Of a stretch of 64,000 nt of DNA, positions 37,571 to 48,078 are shown in pieces. The notes beneath the pieces were generated by a model. It saw only the letters and a list, made by a program, of their open reading frames with translations. It searched no databases and was not told the origin of the DNA. The stretch comes from Candidatus Saccharimonadales bacterium (lineage in GTDB: Bacteria; Patescibacteriota; Saccharimonadia; Saccharimonadales; 2-12-FULL-41-12): contig JBFIJM010000001.1 of NCBI GenBank assembly GCA_041600715.1, forward strand, positions 533,425-597,424. Direction: 5' to 3'. Made by a program: the position numbers and the translations under genes. Every line of letters begins with the position of its first letter. The stretch's first letter is position 1.

Positions 37571-38854
37571 ATGCATATCTACTTTTCAGGCATAGGGGGC
37601 ACTGCAATTGGTCCTTTGGCGCTCATTGCGAAGCAGGCAGGTTATAAAGTGTCAGGTTCTGACAAACAAGATTCTGAATATGTCCAATACTTACAGAAGA
37701 ATGGTATAGATAATATCCATATTGGTCAAAATACTGAGTCAATAGAGGCAGTTCATTCAGCTGGTCCAATCGACTGGATTGTTTTTTCATCAGCTGTGAC
37801 AATTGAGCACCCAGATCACCCCGAATTACTATTCGCTAAACAAAACAATATAAAAGTCAGTAAAAGAGACGATCTTTTAAACGAGATCATAACCCTAAAT
37901 CAAAAAAAACTCATAGCAATCGCTGGCACACACGGCAAAACCACAACAACGGCTATGCTCATCTGGCTACTCAAGAAACTTGAGATGCCTGTCAGTTATT
38001 CTGTGGGCGCTAAAATCCCGTTCGGCGACATGGGTCATTATGACGAGTCGTCCGAGTATTTTGTGTACGAATGCGACGAATTTGACCGTAACTTTTTAGC
38101 TTTTTATCCATACCTTAGCTTGATAACCGGGATTGATTATGACCACCATGAAATATTTCCTACGCTCGATGATTACAGGCAAGCTTTTAAGCAGTTTATA
38201 GGACAATCCACTCATAGTATTATCTGGCAGAGTGATGTTGATTCATGCAAAATTAATATTAATGATTCTAATACAATCATTAACGACAGTGACCCAGCCC
38301 TCAACTCACTAAGTTTGATCGGTGAAGTGAACCGCAGAAATGCATGGCAGGTGGTTCAAGCAGTACATAAATTAACAAATAAACCTACGGAACAACTGTC
38401 TAAGCTAATAGAAACATTCCCGGGTCTTAGTAGACGATTCGAGAAGATTAATCACTACAACTTATACAGCGATTACGCTCATACCCCCCCTAAAATAGCT
38501 GGTTGCCTTCAGCTGGCGCATGAAGTCTCAGAAAATGTAGTTGTAGTTTACGAACCCTTAACTAACCGACGCCAACACTATATCTTAAGCGACTACGCAC
38601 ATTTATTTGACGGTGTGAAGCGACTTTATTGGGCCCCAAGCTACCTCGCGCGAGAGGATCCTAACCAGCACGTCCTTACACCATCAGAACTTATAAAATA
38701 CATGAGTAATAAAGATATTGCCGAACCTGTAGAACTCAACGGTAAACTAAAAAATATCATTCAATCACATCTAGATGCCGGGGATACGGTGGTCTGCCTA
38801 TCCGGTGGGGGCGGTAACAGTCTCGATGAATGGCTCCGCTTTAACTTCAGTTAG
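37571..38854 (+). CDS. Mur ligase family protein (MurC/Mpl-like UDP-N-acetylmuramate ligase)
   Basis: N-terminus HIYFSGIGGTAIGPLALIAKQAGYKVSGSD and the ATP site IAIAGTHGKTTTTAMLIWLL are typical of MurC/Mpl. Confidence 0.7.
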   Translation: MHIYFSGIGGTAIGPLALIAKQAGYKVSGSDKQDSEYVQYLQKNGIDNIHIGQNTESIEAVHSAGPIDWIVFSSAVTIEHPDHPELLFAKQNNIKVSKRDDLLNEIITLNQKKLIAIAGTHGKTTTTAMLIWLLKKLEMPVSYSVGAKIPFGDMGHYDESSEYFVYECDEFDRNFLAFYPYLSLITGIDYDHHEIFPTLDDYRQAFKQFIGQSTHSIIWQSDVDSCKININDSNTIINDSDPALNSLSLIGEVNRRNAWQVVQAVHKLTNKPTEQLSKLIETFPGLSRRFEKINHYNLYSDYAHTPPKIAGCLQLAHEVSENVVVVYEPLTNRRQHYILSDYAHLFDGVKRLYWAPSYLAREDPNQHVLTPSELIKYMSNKDIAEPVELNGKLKNIIQSHLDAGDTVVCLSGGGGNSLDEWLRFNFS

Positions 38855-39296
38855 ACCAACCAAACTCGCTATATGTAACACCATCGATAATCTTTAAGAG
38901 AACGGCTTTCTGGGAATCTATGATCCGTACAGACTTGTAATCATCTGGATGCACCCAGACAAGTTCGCTATGAGCATCTGGTTCATTATTAGAAAGCTCA
39001 CCGCTCCAGTCAGTGACTTTGAAATACATATCTACCCAGTCGTTACCGTCCTGGCGACGATGCGCCACGTGCACTAATATTAAATCTTCAGGGTTAATTG
39101 TCACCCCCACTTCTTCATATGCCTCTCTTACAGCACTAATACTATAAGGCTCATCGTGCTCTAATTTTCCGGCTGGTACAGTATAAAAACCGCTCATCCA
39201 GCGATCACCCGTTCGTAGTAAAAGAGCCGTCTGCCCAGCTTCATTTTCAAATATAAGATAGCTGGCCCCGTACGGTGTAGCGATATCATATTTCAT
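38847..39296 (-). CDS. NUDIX hydrolase
   Basis: Nudix box region GKLEHDEPYSISAVREAYEEVGV. Confidence 0.7.
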   Translation of the reverse strand: MKYDIATPYGASYLIFENEAGQTALLLRTGDRWMSGFYTVPAGKLEHDEPYSISAVREAYEEVGVTINPEDLILVHVAHRRQDGNDWVDMYFKVTDWSGELSNNEPDAHSELVWVHPDDYKSVRIIDSQKAVLLKIIDGVTYSEFGWSN

Positions 39297-39634
39297 CTAT
39301 TATCACCCCCGCCCTTAGTAACCCCTCGTGTTTTTCTGCTTAGAACTTTCTGAATGTTTGTTTCGGCTACTTCATTTAAATCTGACCCGATAAGCACAGA
39401 GACAGCGTTAACATACCATAAAATATCGCCCAACTCTTTGACTAGTTCCGTTTTATCGTCTTCTGATATTCGACCGGATTTATCACGAATTATTTTTTTG
39501 AATTTCTCAGCCACTTCACCACTTTCCCCTACCAAACCGAGTACTTGAGCCATTAACTCAGAGCTCACATCGCCATAGGTATGATCCTTCGTTAATGTAG
39601 TTATAGCTTGAGCTTGATATTCACTAAAATTCAT
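39293..39634 (-). CDS. MazG-like nucleotide pyrophosphohydrolase
   Basis: LGLVGESGEVAEKFKK ... ELGDILWYV, the EExxE/D pattern of MazG/NTP-PPase. Confidence 0.65.
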   Translation of the reverse strand: MNFSEYQAQAITTLTKDHTYGDVSSELMAQVLGLVGESGEVAEKFKKIIRDKSGRISEDDKTELVKELGDILWYVNAVSVLIGSDLNEVAETNIQKVLSRKTRGVTKGGGDNR

Positions 39635-39713
39635 ATAAATCCCTTTATCTTTATGCGCGCTTTGGTCTTCTCTGCTACTATAATTGTAACCGATGTAACA
39701 ACTCAGGTGGGAA

Positions 39714-40598
39714 ATGGACAGAATAATCTTCGAGAATATAGAGAAACTTTTTATTCGGTTTATCGATAATATAGGTGTTTGGCTCGGTGAGCACGGCTTA
39801 GAAATCGGGACGATACTTTTTTTTGCATGGCTGGTTCACAAGTATGGATCACGCTTAATAACAAGGTTACTCCGCGGTACTGTCCGACCCGACCTATACC
39901 CCACCAAATCTGACCGCGAGAAGAGAATAAGGACTCTAGACAGCTTAATCAATGCTGTAGTAAGAATCGGAATTTATATTGTTGCAGTCATTATGATTGT
40001 TACGGAGATTGGTGTTAATACAACGCCTCTACTAGCTAGTGCTGGGCTTATTGGAGTGGCTCTCGGCTTTGGTGCTCAGAGTCTTATAAAAGACTTTACT
40101 AGCGGTATATTTATCATTATAGATAATCAATATCGCGTCGGTGACTATATTCAGGTAGGTAACGACATTAGTGGAAAAGTAGAAAGCATCACCATACGCA
40201 CTACAGCACTCAGAAACTTAGACGGTAAACTATTCCACATACCTAATGGCTCCATCGAGTGGACTGCAAATATGACAATGAGCTACGCCGGTATCGATGA
40301 GAATATCGTCTTTCCAGGCGATGTAGATATAGAGAAACTTATTCTATTAATAAACAGAGTGGGCTTAAATCTAGCTAAAGATCCCGCCTACAAGAATAAG
40401 ATTAAGGAACCGCCCAGTTTCACTCGAGTTGTAGGTTTTGCGAGTGATGGCATAGAAGTAAAGATAAACGGCACTACTGGCAGTAATGATTCCTGGGAGA
40501 TAAAAGGCGCTTTCTATAAGAGCCTCATTAAAGAATTAAGAAAAGCTAACATTAGCATCCCATACCCTCAAATAACAGTTCATCAAGCAAAAAAGTAG
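39714..40598 (+). CDS. Mechanosensitive ion channel (MscS family)
   Basis: Three TM helices, then the conserved beta domain IIIDNQYRVGDYIQVGNDISGKVESITIRTTALRNLDGKLFHIPNGSI. Confidence 0.8.
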   Translation: MDRIIFENIEKLFIRFIDNIGVWLGEHGLEIGTILFFAWLVHKYGSRLITRLLRGTVRPDLYPTKSDREKRIRTLDSLINAVVRIGIYIVAVIMIVTEIGVNTTPLLASAGLIGVALGFGAQSLIKDFTSGIFIIIDNQYRVGDYIQVGNDISGKVESITIRTTALRNLDGKLFHIPNGSIEWTANMTMSYAGIDENIVFPGDVDIEKLILLINRVGLNLAKDPAYKNKIKEPPSFTRVVGFASDGIEVKINGTTGSNDSWEIKGAFYKSLIKELRKANISIPYPQITVHQAKK

Positions 40599-40600
40599 CC

Positions 40601-40939
40601 TTAGCGAGGCAAAATCTGTACGTATACGGCCACGCCAATAAGCGCTGTGCATACAAATAACGCGAAAACTATAGCACCAGTAGTGCCTGCTGAGCGTTTT
40701 TTAGGTTTAGCAGGTTCCTCCACTGGAGGATTGCTAGTAATGGCCTGTTCATTCTTGCTTGGATCTTGCGCGACCATAGCCTGGTCAGACTGTGGCTTAG
40801 CTTTTGTAACCACGTCCATTACAGGGGGTATTGGAGGGGACGCTGGTACCTGTGACTGATTATTTGACGCTACACTCTCTGAGGTAGAAGATGGTGTCTC
40901 CGCTCCTTTAATAGGGGTGCTAACTATATCGTTCTGCAT
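40601..40939 (-). CDS. Hypothetical tail-anchored membrane protein
   Basis: Pro/Ser-rich N-terminus and a C-terminal TM helix. Confidence 0.35.
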   Translation of the reverse strand: MQNDIVSTPIKGAETPSSTSESVASNNQSQVPASPPIPPVMDVVTKAKPQSDQAMVAQDPSKNEQAITSNPPVEEPAKPKKRSAGTTGAIVFALFVCTALIGVAVYVQILPR

Positions 40940-41028
40940 AGCTAGATTGTAGCATAAGCAATATATTTAACTTAAGGCTTCTCGGTTTTTTAACTCAATT
41001 GTATGAAAAGTCGTCCTTATACTAATTT

Positions 41029-43317
41029 CTAGTAATAGTACCAGCGGTCAACACCGATTGTATTGGTAACATCAGTGATTTTCTTAGGTTCACCGCCTTT
41101 TAGACTCATAACGTAGTCTGCGGTTTCATCACCGTTGGCTACTCTGTACAAAATATGCTCTTCATCAAGCCAGCGCATTGGTGTTTTAATACCCGCCCCA
41201 GATCTAACTACAGTCTCTTTTCTAGTTGCATGATTATAAGAGATCAAAACACCCTTACCATCTCGCTCATCAATCCACAGACTTTGCTTATTACCAGGGC
41301 TAGCAACATATACGCGTGATTTCAACACAGAAGGCGGGCCAGGCGCTTTAGACAAGGCATCGGTTGCTAGCTCGAGATCAAACCAATCCTGACCGACAGA
41401 CACACTAACTGTGTCGTAGCTTGTCCTAAATAAGTTCCATACCTCTTTTTGATAAATGGTTTTCCTGTCCGTAGCGTCAGGATTGATCTTATACAAACCT
41501 ACAGATCCATTAACGTTATATTGTGCTGGACTATAGTAGATGGCACCGTTTACACTCAGCACATCATTGAAGTAATTTGTGCTGGCCAACTCACGTTCGC
41601 CCCCTCCACGTATATCGTAGCTCATTATTTTATGTCGATCCGTACTCTCCTGGCTAGCACCTTCTGTTGCTTTCACATATACCAGCCTATCGCCAATCCA
41701 ATCTATAATCTGGATCCGTTCCGATTGCGTTACCTTTGTTGACTCGTTTGTATCGAGATCAACAATTAGTAATGTAGAGAGCAAAAGCCCTTCTTTATTC
41801 CTTTTATTTTCTCTTGTAGATAGAAACGCCACAATATTTTTTGTACCATGTGACGCAACAGCTAATGCATCCTCGCGTTCTAACCCAGTTCCAGCAAGAA
41901 TTTTGGTTTCGCTACCTCCATCAATATCAGTTTTGTACAGATCAAATGTACCGCCACGTTTTGATACAAAGGCATGCGTCCTCGCAGGGACCATAGAGAC
42001 AGTGATTAGCTCTTGGCTAGAGGTTACTAATTCAACTTTTTTTGTTTTGTAGCTTTCTGCCTGCACCTCTACAATAATTTTCTCTTCTTCAATCCTAGGG
42101 ATAGTTAACACAGCTTCGCCTTTTTCATTCACTCTAGCGCTAGCCTCTCCGAAAGTCACAACACTATCAAGTATAGGTAGATCAGATAAAAAGTTCTTTA
42201 CAACAAATTGATACTGAGTGCCTGTAGGAGTTAGCTTTACTTCATCTAGAGGATTACTGCCCCAACCAAATGTAACCGTTCTTACTTGTTCGGCAAATGC
42301 TGGCTTCTTTACAGTCATTTGCTGTTCACCCAACCTAATGTTACCAACGGTTACATAACCTTCTGCGTCAGTTTTAGCCGACTGCCCGTCTACCGATAAC
42401 TCAACATTTTTTAGTGGCTGACTTGTTTTGGCGTCAATAACCCGTAGAGAAGTAGATGCACGTACCCCCGCATAATTAAGCAGGTAATATCTGTTAGATG
42501 GTACAGCAACAACAGCCCCTACACCTGCCAGTACGACAAATGCAGTTGCCCATCGGTATTTTGACTTAGTTGCCCATGCCCTAAAAAACGCTCCAAGTCC
42601 TTTGTTTTTCTTCTGGTTCTTTTTGGATGTTTTAACAAGAGGTGCTACTGCTTTTTTCTCATCCTCTGCAGCCAATATCTCATCTGCTTCATTAGCTATA
42701 ATAGCCTCAACAGCATGAGCTGTTTGCACGGTTTCTAGACCTAGCTCATCATCGTTCTCATTTACCTCAGGCTCGGGCAAGTCTAGTTCCTTAGCGACGA
42801 TTTCGGGTTCTGCCTCGATCGGCTCTAGATCAGTTGTCTGCTCTGTAGGTTCTATTTCAGGCTCTGAATCCTCTAACGTTTCAGCGTCTACGTCCTCAGG
42901 TTCACTATCGGTTTCAGCGACATCATCAACTACCTCTGGCTCGACTTCTTCAACTTCATTGGTTGCTTCTTCTGCGTCTGGTGTTTCTTCCTCGGCAACT
43001 TCAGCGTCCTCTGTTGGGAGTTCTGGTGCTGATCCTACTGCCTCTGTTTCGACTATTTCTTCTGGGGTATCCTCTACGTCATCCTTATGATCTACCACAC
43101 TGATAGATATAGGTAGTTTGTCTGAGGGGAGAAGCGGAGTGTCAGTCTCCCCATCCGGGGAGTCATCTGAATTATCAGACTTAGTATCCGGCTTTACCTT
43201 AGAATCTTGGGGAGATTCCTCCATATAGTCCTCTACTTTTTTCTCGAGCTCAGGATCTACCTGCTCTCCGCGGTAACTAAGGGGCTGACTTTCTTCTGGA
43301 GTGTTGGATTTTGCCAT
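41029..43317 (-). CDS. Large membrane-anchored protein (762 aa): an acidic N-terminal 200 aa, one TM helix, then carboxypeptidase-regulatory-like beta-sandwich domains and a TolB-like beta-propeller region
   Basis: TM helix WATAFVVLAGVGAVVAV. LRVIDAKTSQPLKNVELSVDGQSAKTDAEGYVTV is CarboxypepD_reg-like. The C-terminal half has repeated Gly/Asp turns like PD40 repeats. Confidence 0.5.
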   Translation of the reverse strand: MAKSNTPEESQPLSYRGEQVDPELEKKVEDYMEESPQDSKVKPDTKSDNSDDSPDGETDTPLLPSDKLPISISVVDHKDDVEDTPEEIVETEAVGSAPELPTEDAEVAEEETPDAEEATNEVEEVEPEVVDDVAETDSEPEDVDAETLEDSEPEIEPTEQTTDLEPIEAEPEIVAKELDLPEPEVNENDDELGLETVQTAHAVEAIIANEADEILAAEDEKKAVAPLVKTSKKNQKKNKGLGAFFRAWATKSKYRWATAFVVLAGVGAVVAVPSNRYYLLNYAGVRASTSLRVIDAKTSQPLKNVELSVDGQSAKTDAEGYVTVGNIRLGEQQMTVKKPAFAEQVRTVTFGWGSNPLDEVKLTPTGTQYQFVVKNFLSDLPILDSVVTFGEASARVNEKGEAVLTIPRIEEEKIIVEVQAESYKTKKVELVTSSQELITVSMVPARTHAFVSKRGGTFDLYKTDIDGGSETKILAGTGLEREDALAVASHGTKNIVAFLSTRENKRNKEGLLLSTLLIVDLDTNESTKVTQSERIQIIDWIGDRLVYVKATEGASQESTDRHKIMSYDIRGGGERELASTNYFNDVLSVNGAIYYSPAQYNVNGSVGLYKINPDATDRKTIYQKEVWNLFRTSYDTVSVSVGQDWFDLELATDALSKAPGPPSVLKSRVYVASPGNKQSLWIDERDGKGVLISYNHATRKETVVRSGAGIKTPMRWLDEEHILYRVANGDETADYVMSLKGGEPKKITDVTNTIGVDRWYYY

Positions 43318-43374
43318 AACTGTTTTTATTTTATATAAATAAGTGTTAGCAGTATAGCAAAAATTGTCTATTAG

Positions 43375-43944
43375 TTATAGTCGGCTGATTATCACGTCAG
43401 CAAATTTTTTTGTTTCTTCAAGAGTTCGTTCCGTAGGTACGCTCCCACCTGTCTGCAAGATATACCAGTTATTATCTTTCAAGATGTTTAATTGCCCAAA
43501 TTCGGAGTTCCAAAATGACGCATCGCCATATCCTTCTACATCCTGAACATTATCGGGTTTTGCCGGGCCGTTAAATACTTGGTTATTACTATCTGCACCA
43601 CTTTCTGTTTTGGCACTTCTAGCCAGCAAGCTAGCGTGTTTCTGCTTTGCTATATCTCCTAGCTCGACTGATGTTTGATACAAGCACTGAGTCACGTCAA
43701 TATCGTCACTAGAGGCATTGGCTCCAGGTAGCTCCTCAGGCTGTTCTGCTGTTTCACCCAGAACTTGTTTGGCGTCATTTATATCGAACAGCTCGCAGGC
43801 CGTTGCGACCACGAATGATGATGCTGAAGTTTTACTAGCTTTTTTATCTTTAAAGTCTTTCGATGTAGCGTTACTAACCAGTAATAAAACACCTACCAAA
43901 CCTACCGCAATTACTGTCCATAGAATTGTTTTTTTAGTGTGCAT
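43375..43944 (-). CDS. Hypothetical secreted protein
   Basis: N-terminal signal or TM region; no domain recognised. Confidence 0.4.
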   Translation of the reverse strand: MHTKKTILWTVIAVGLVGVLLLVSNATSKDFKDKKASKTSASSFVVATACELFDINDAKQVLGETAEQPEELPGANASSDDIDVTQCLYQTSVELGDIAKQKHASLLARSAKTESGADSNNQVFNGPAKPDNVQDVEGYGDASFWNSEFGQLNILKDNNWYILQTGGSVPTERTLEETKKFADVIISRL

Positions 43945-44007
43945 GCCTGCCCTCGTTATACTCTTGCTAGGTAGTGTACTCCTGGGTACGCATTGTCACA
44001 ATAGAAA

Positions 44008-45315
44008 TTATGGAGCTAAGCGGTTAATGTCTCTTGGGAACAGAGTCGCTTCTTTAACGTTGGCCAAGCCTACTGTCTTTTGGACTAACCTATCAATTCC
44101 AAACCCGCATCCGCCGTGTATTGGTAGACCATACTTAAACGCGCTCAAGTAAGCCCTGAAACCTTCATGTTCAGTATCTAACCCAGCTGACTTCATTTGG
44201 TCAATCATCTTTTGGTAGTTATTTTCACGTAAAGGGACTGTAGCGATTTCTAGGCCTCTAAACAGCAAGTCGCCCCATAGCACTGTGCCTTCATCGTCAA
44301 ATTTATGATAAAATTTGCCGGCTTCAGCTGGGAATTTCACAGCATAAACTAGGTCTGTGCCGAGCTGTTTACGTGCATAATCCGATATCCAACGTTCTTC
44401 GTCAGGGGTTAAATCTTTCTCACTTGTTGTATCGGTCTTAGTGGCCTTAGTGTACATCTCATGGATCTCGGCAATTGTAAATCTAGGCACTACAGCTTCT
44501 TCCAGCTTTAGCTCAGGAGCATTCAAGCTTTTTAAGTCAGCGGAGTGCTCATCATAAACCGCTTTAAGTACATGTTTAGTCATATTGCCGACCATGTCTA
44601 AAACTTCGTCGTGATCTATTACGAATCCCATTTCTATATCAAGCATCGTTAATTCTGTCAGATGCCTTGTTGTAGCACTCGGTTCTGCTCTGTACGAGTG
44701 GCCTATTTCATACACTCTCTCAAATGCTCCGACCATGATTTGTTTATAAAATTGGGGACTCTGAGCAAGCGTTGCAGTCTTCCCAAAATAATCGAGCGTG
44801 AATACTTCAGCGCCACCTTCTGTGGCTTCAGCTAGTAACTTAGGTGTATCAATTTCTATGAATTCGTTTTGATTCAAATACTCACGAATGTAGCGAGTTA
44901 AGCTTGCACGAATTCTAAAGATCTTTTGTTCTTGAATGTTACGAATATTTAAAACACGGTGTTCAAATAGTGTGTCTAAATGCTCAGATTTATGACTAAT
45001 TGGTTTATCGATTTCTATAGCTGGTTCATCCGTCACAGGCACCATTACGCTCAACGCCGGCTCATGGATCTCGGCGCCACCAGGTGCACGCTCTTCTTCT
45101 ATAACATTGCCTGTTATTTCTAACACCGTGCCTATTTGTAGGCCACGCAATTTTTCGATCTCATCTTTATTTTCTACCAGCACCTGTACTAGCCCGCGAC
45201 GATCACGAATAGTCAAAAAATTAAGGCCACCAAGCAGTCGCTTCTTATGTAACCATCCTTGAATCATGGCTTCTTTGCCTATGTGTTCTTTTAGTTCAGA
45301 ACTTAAAACTCTCAT
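44008..45315 (-). CDS. aspS: Aspartate--tRNA ligase, archaeal/eukaryotic type (class IIb, probably non-discriminating)
   Basis: A class IIb aaRS of 435 aa. Motif 3 region HGGCGFGIDRLVQ and the C-terminal ...FPRDINRLAP match archaeal-type AspRS, not AsnRS. Confidence 0.7.
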   Translation of the reverse strand: MRVLSSELKEHIGKEAMIQGWLHKKRLLGGLNFLTIRDRRGLVQVLVENKDEIEKLRGLQIGTVLEITGNVIEEERAPGGAEIHEPALSVMVPVTDEPAIEIDKPISHKSEHLDTLFEHRVLNIRNIQEQKIFRIRASLTRYIREYLNQNEFIEIDTPKLLAEATEGGAEVFTLDYFGKTATLAQSPQFYKQIMVGAFERVYEIGHSYRAEPSATTRHLTELTMLDIEMGFVIDHDEVLDMVGNMTKHVLKAVYDEHSADLKSLNAPELKLEEAVVPRFTIAEIHEMYTKATKTDTTSEKDLTPDEERWISDYARKQLGTDLVYAVKFPAEAGKFYHKFDDEGTVLWGDLLFRGLEIATVPLRENNYQKMIDQMKSAGLDTEHEGFRAYLSAFKYGLPIHGGCGFGIDRLVQKTVGLANVKEATLFPRDINRLAP

Positions 45316-45349
45316 ACTATTTACCTCATTATTATTTGTCTTCTAGGTT

Positions 45350-45405
45350 AGGATCTTTGCACCACACGCTCGAAAAGACTGAACTTAAGCGTGTGTTTCG
45401 ATCCT
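45350..45405 (-). promoter_or_regulatory. Bipartite hairpin in the aspS 5-prime leader
   Basis: AGGATC ... CACACGCT (17 nt loop) AGCGTGTG ... GATCCT gives 6 + 8 bp of nested stems, about 35 nt upstream of the aspS SD and ATG. An extended -10 TGTGATATAAT lies on the minus strand at 45447-45457. Confidence 0.35.
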
Positions 45406-45557
45406 AGGATTATTATCTTGTTGATGACACATCATAATTATCAATTATTATATCACACTAACAGAGAGGAGCTATTGACAAATTTAGAATTTTTTGTTAT
45501 TATAAAAGTAGATAGTAGCAAAATTAAAGATACTCTTTAACAGTGCTAGAACTAAGA

Positions 45558-46550
45558 CTACTGCTCTAGTTCGTCACCTAGACTTGTAGCATGGTCACGC
45601 ATGTCTTCATATACGTCTGACTCATCAACAATCCTTTGCCCTACGATCTGTTCTATGACATCTTCTATAGTAATAATCCCCACTACCTCAGAAAACTCAT
45701 TTCTTACAATGAATAAGTGATGTTTCGTACTGAGGAACTTCGCGAGCACCCGATTGAGTGGCTCATCAGCATGTACATAAAAAACGTCTGGGCTCATCAC
45801 ATTGCTTACAATCCCGCTAACACGCTTTTCTACTAAATCTTTGAGGTATAGTGTCCCGACAATCTCCTCGTCTTCTTTTCTTACCGGGAACCGCGAAAAA
45901 CCACTGTCGTGCAGTTCTGCTAGTAAAATTGGGCCGACTGGTTCTTCGGCACGAACAAACCTCACCACACTACGAGGCACCATATGATCAGCTACTTTTT
46001 TATCGCCAAACTTTAGGGTGTTAATAGCCATGTCAATTTCAGCTTTCTCGATTCGATTATTATGGACAGTCTTTTGATGTTCAAGTAGCGCAATCAGATC
46101 TTCCATCTCATAAATATCAGTGCTCTGAGTAGAGGGTTTAAACCTAGATATCGCTTGAGCAATACCGTTAGTATAGGGTCGAACTTTTACAAGAATCTTG
46201 GCGTAATAAGGTGCTATCTTTACTGCCATGCCCCTAAAAAACTTAAAATAACGCAAATGGACTGCAAAAACTAAAAATGAAGTCACAATAATTAAACCAA
46301 CAGCCGACACAAATGAAAGATTATTGGCAAATAATACGGCGGTACAGGCATAAATAATTAATGCCGGTATCCGCAACAATAACAGTGCTGTCCTGCCATG
46401 TCTCGCTACTTCGTGAATAAAGTGGGCGCGGTTATCTCCTGCTCTTGAGGCGCGCTTCAGTTCGATGATAGGGCGCTCTCCATAGATTGACGCCAGAGCA
46501 ACAAGAACCATCAGCACTACTAAACTTACAAACGTAATCAGTGCCACCAT
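45558..46550 (-). CDS. Membrane protein with a CBS-domain pair (third CNNM/DUF21-like gene in the window)
   Basis: N-terminal TM helices, then a CBS pair and a C-terminal acidic tail. Confidence 0.65.
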   Translation of the reverse strand: MVALITFVSLVVLMVLVALASIYGERPIIELKRASRAGDNRAHFIHEVARHGRTALLLLRIPALIIYACTAVLFANNLSFVSAVGLIIVTSFLVFAVHLRYFKFFRGMAVKIAPYYAKILVKVRPYTNGIAQAISRFKPSTQSTDIYEMEDLIALLEHQKTVHNNRIEKAEIDMAINTLKFGDKKVADHMVPRSVVRFVRAEEPVGPILLAELHDSGFSRFPVRKEDEEIVGTLYLKDLVEKRVSGIVSNVMSPDVFYVHADEPLNRVLAKFLSTKHHLFIVRNEFSEVVGIITIEDVIEQIVGQRIVDESDVYEDMRDHATSLGDELEQ

Positions 46551-46670
46551 ATCCTAATAGTACTCCATAGTCGTGTTGCGACAAAACACTCTAGGTAACA
46601 GTTAATCCTGATAATTTGGTATGATATGTAATACAAATAGCACTCAACATGAGCTAACGAGGGAGTATGG

Positions 46671-47312
46671 ATGACTAAAGAGTTTTTTATTGTAGTAGTA
46701 GTTATAGTCCTAGGGCTATTCGGTATCTTCACCTTAACCAAAGACAAAGAAGACACTGGAGGCGGATCGACTAAGAGTGCCGAGCCTTCAAATCACACCG
46801 TTGGAGCTGGTGAGAAGAAAGTTACACTTGTGGAATATGGCGATTTTCAATGTCCCGCATGTAAGAGCTACCACCCTATAGTAAAAGAAATAAAAGACAC
46901 TTACGGAGATGAAATAACCTTTCAGTTCCGTCATTATCCTCTTAATCAAATTCATCCTAATGCCTTTATTGGTAGCCGTGCCGCAGAAGCCGCCGGCAAG
47001 CAAGGCAAGTTCTTTGAAATGCATGATTTGTTGTACGAACAGCAAGAATCGTGGTCTGCTGGGAGCAACCCAACTGCTATCCTAGAGACTTACGCTACTC
47101 AGCTAGGGCTGAACATGGACCAGTTTAGAGCTGATATGGCTAGTGCAGAAACCGCATCCGTTATTAATGCAGACGTTAAGGCCGGTCAGGCTCTGGGGGC
47201 TAACTCTACTCCAACATTTGCTATAAATGGACGCAAAATCGATGAGAATCCGCGAAGTTTTGAAGATTTCAAGAAACTTATAGACGAAGAAATCGCCAAA
47301 GTTAACGAATAA
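46671..47312 (+). CDS. DsbA-like thiol:disulfide oxidoreductase
   Basis: N-terminal TM anchor; the CPAC active site sits in a thioredoxin fold (YGDFQCPACKSYHP). Confidence 0.75.
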   Translation: MTKEFFIVVVVIVLGLFGIFTLTKDKEDTGGGSTKSAEPSNHTVGAGEKKVTLVEYGDFQCPACKSYHPIVKEIKDTYGDEITFQFRHYPLNQIHPNAFIGSRAAEAAGKQGKFFEMHDLLYEQQESWSAGSNPTAILETYATQLGLNMDQFRADMASAETASVINADVKAGQALGANSTPTFAINGRKIDENPRSFEDFKKLIDEEIAKVNE

Positions 47313-47532
47313 TTAACGTTAATACTGCAAGTATTGACGCCAAGCTGGCTTAACTACTTTTACTTTAATCACCTCATATCTTGACGATACGACCATAACT
47401 TTTACTGACATCCCTTTTACTTCACCTTTTTGTTATGTTTGCTCTTTTTGTTTGATACGTGGTCAATGCACGTTATCGCAGTAAGTCTATTCTACATAAC
47501 GCTAGTGTTTGCGGTCAAGCAAATACTTTGTT

Positions 47533-48000
47533 TTACTTAACTTTTTTATGAAGAAGTTCGTTGATTCTGCTGGCAGACAATCTACCTTTTCTGCGATCAT
47601 GCTCGGCTTGTATAGAAACGTGAAGCTTTTTCATTACTGGGCTATTGTTCTGCTTTTCACGAATATCGTGAAACTCTCTATCTAACTCTGTTAGCTCTTC
47701 GTCGCTTAAATCTTCTAGGTCAACAAATGCGTTACGCGCTGTTGTTGAACGAATAAGCTCATCAAGCTTTAGTTGCATCGCTTTACTGTCACGGTTTTGA
47801 GTATTCTGGATCAAAAAAACCATTAGAAACGTCACTATGGTTGTACCCGTATTTATGACCAGTTGCCATGTGTCAGAGAAGTTAAACAAAGGTCCAGTGG
47901 ATGCCCAAACGCCTACAACAACAAACGCGCCCAAGAATACAACTGCACTTCCAGCGATGGATGAAGTACGAGTTGCGAATTTTCTAAAGAGTTGTTGCAT
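47533..48000 (-). CDS. Low-affinity iron permease family protein (PF04120-like)
   Basis: GPLFNFSDTWQLVINTGTTIVTFLMVFLIQNTQNRDSKAMQLKLDELIR matches the conserved core of that small-membrane-protein family. Confidence 0.55.
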   Translation of the reverse strand: MQQLFRKFATRTSSIAGSAVVFLGAFVVVGVWASTGPLFNFSDTWQLVINTGTTIVTFLMVFLIQNTQNRDSKAMQLKLDELIRSTTARNAFVDLEDLSDEELTELDREFHDIREKQNNSPVMKKLHVSIQAEHDRRKGRLSASRINELLHKKVK

Positions 48001-48078
48001 GTTTTTGCTTAAGCTTATTGTTACGTTACACTGTAATAGTAAGAGTTAGTATACGCTTCAACTCACAAACATTCAAAA

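Noticed and set aside
45316-45557. T-box riboswitch upstream of the aminoacyl-tRNA synthetase gene
   Set aside because: The leader is only about 125 nt. It lacks the AATTAGGGTGGNACCGCG T-box sequence and has no terminator/antiterminator pair.
47340-47430. Three copies of CTTTTACT within 80 bp downstream of the DsbA-like gene (possible iterons)
   Set aside because: The motif is short and AT-rich. Chance occurrence is likely in AT-rich intergenic DNA.
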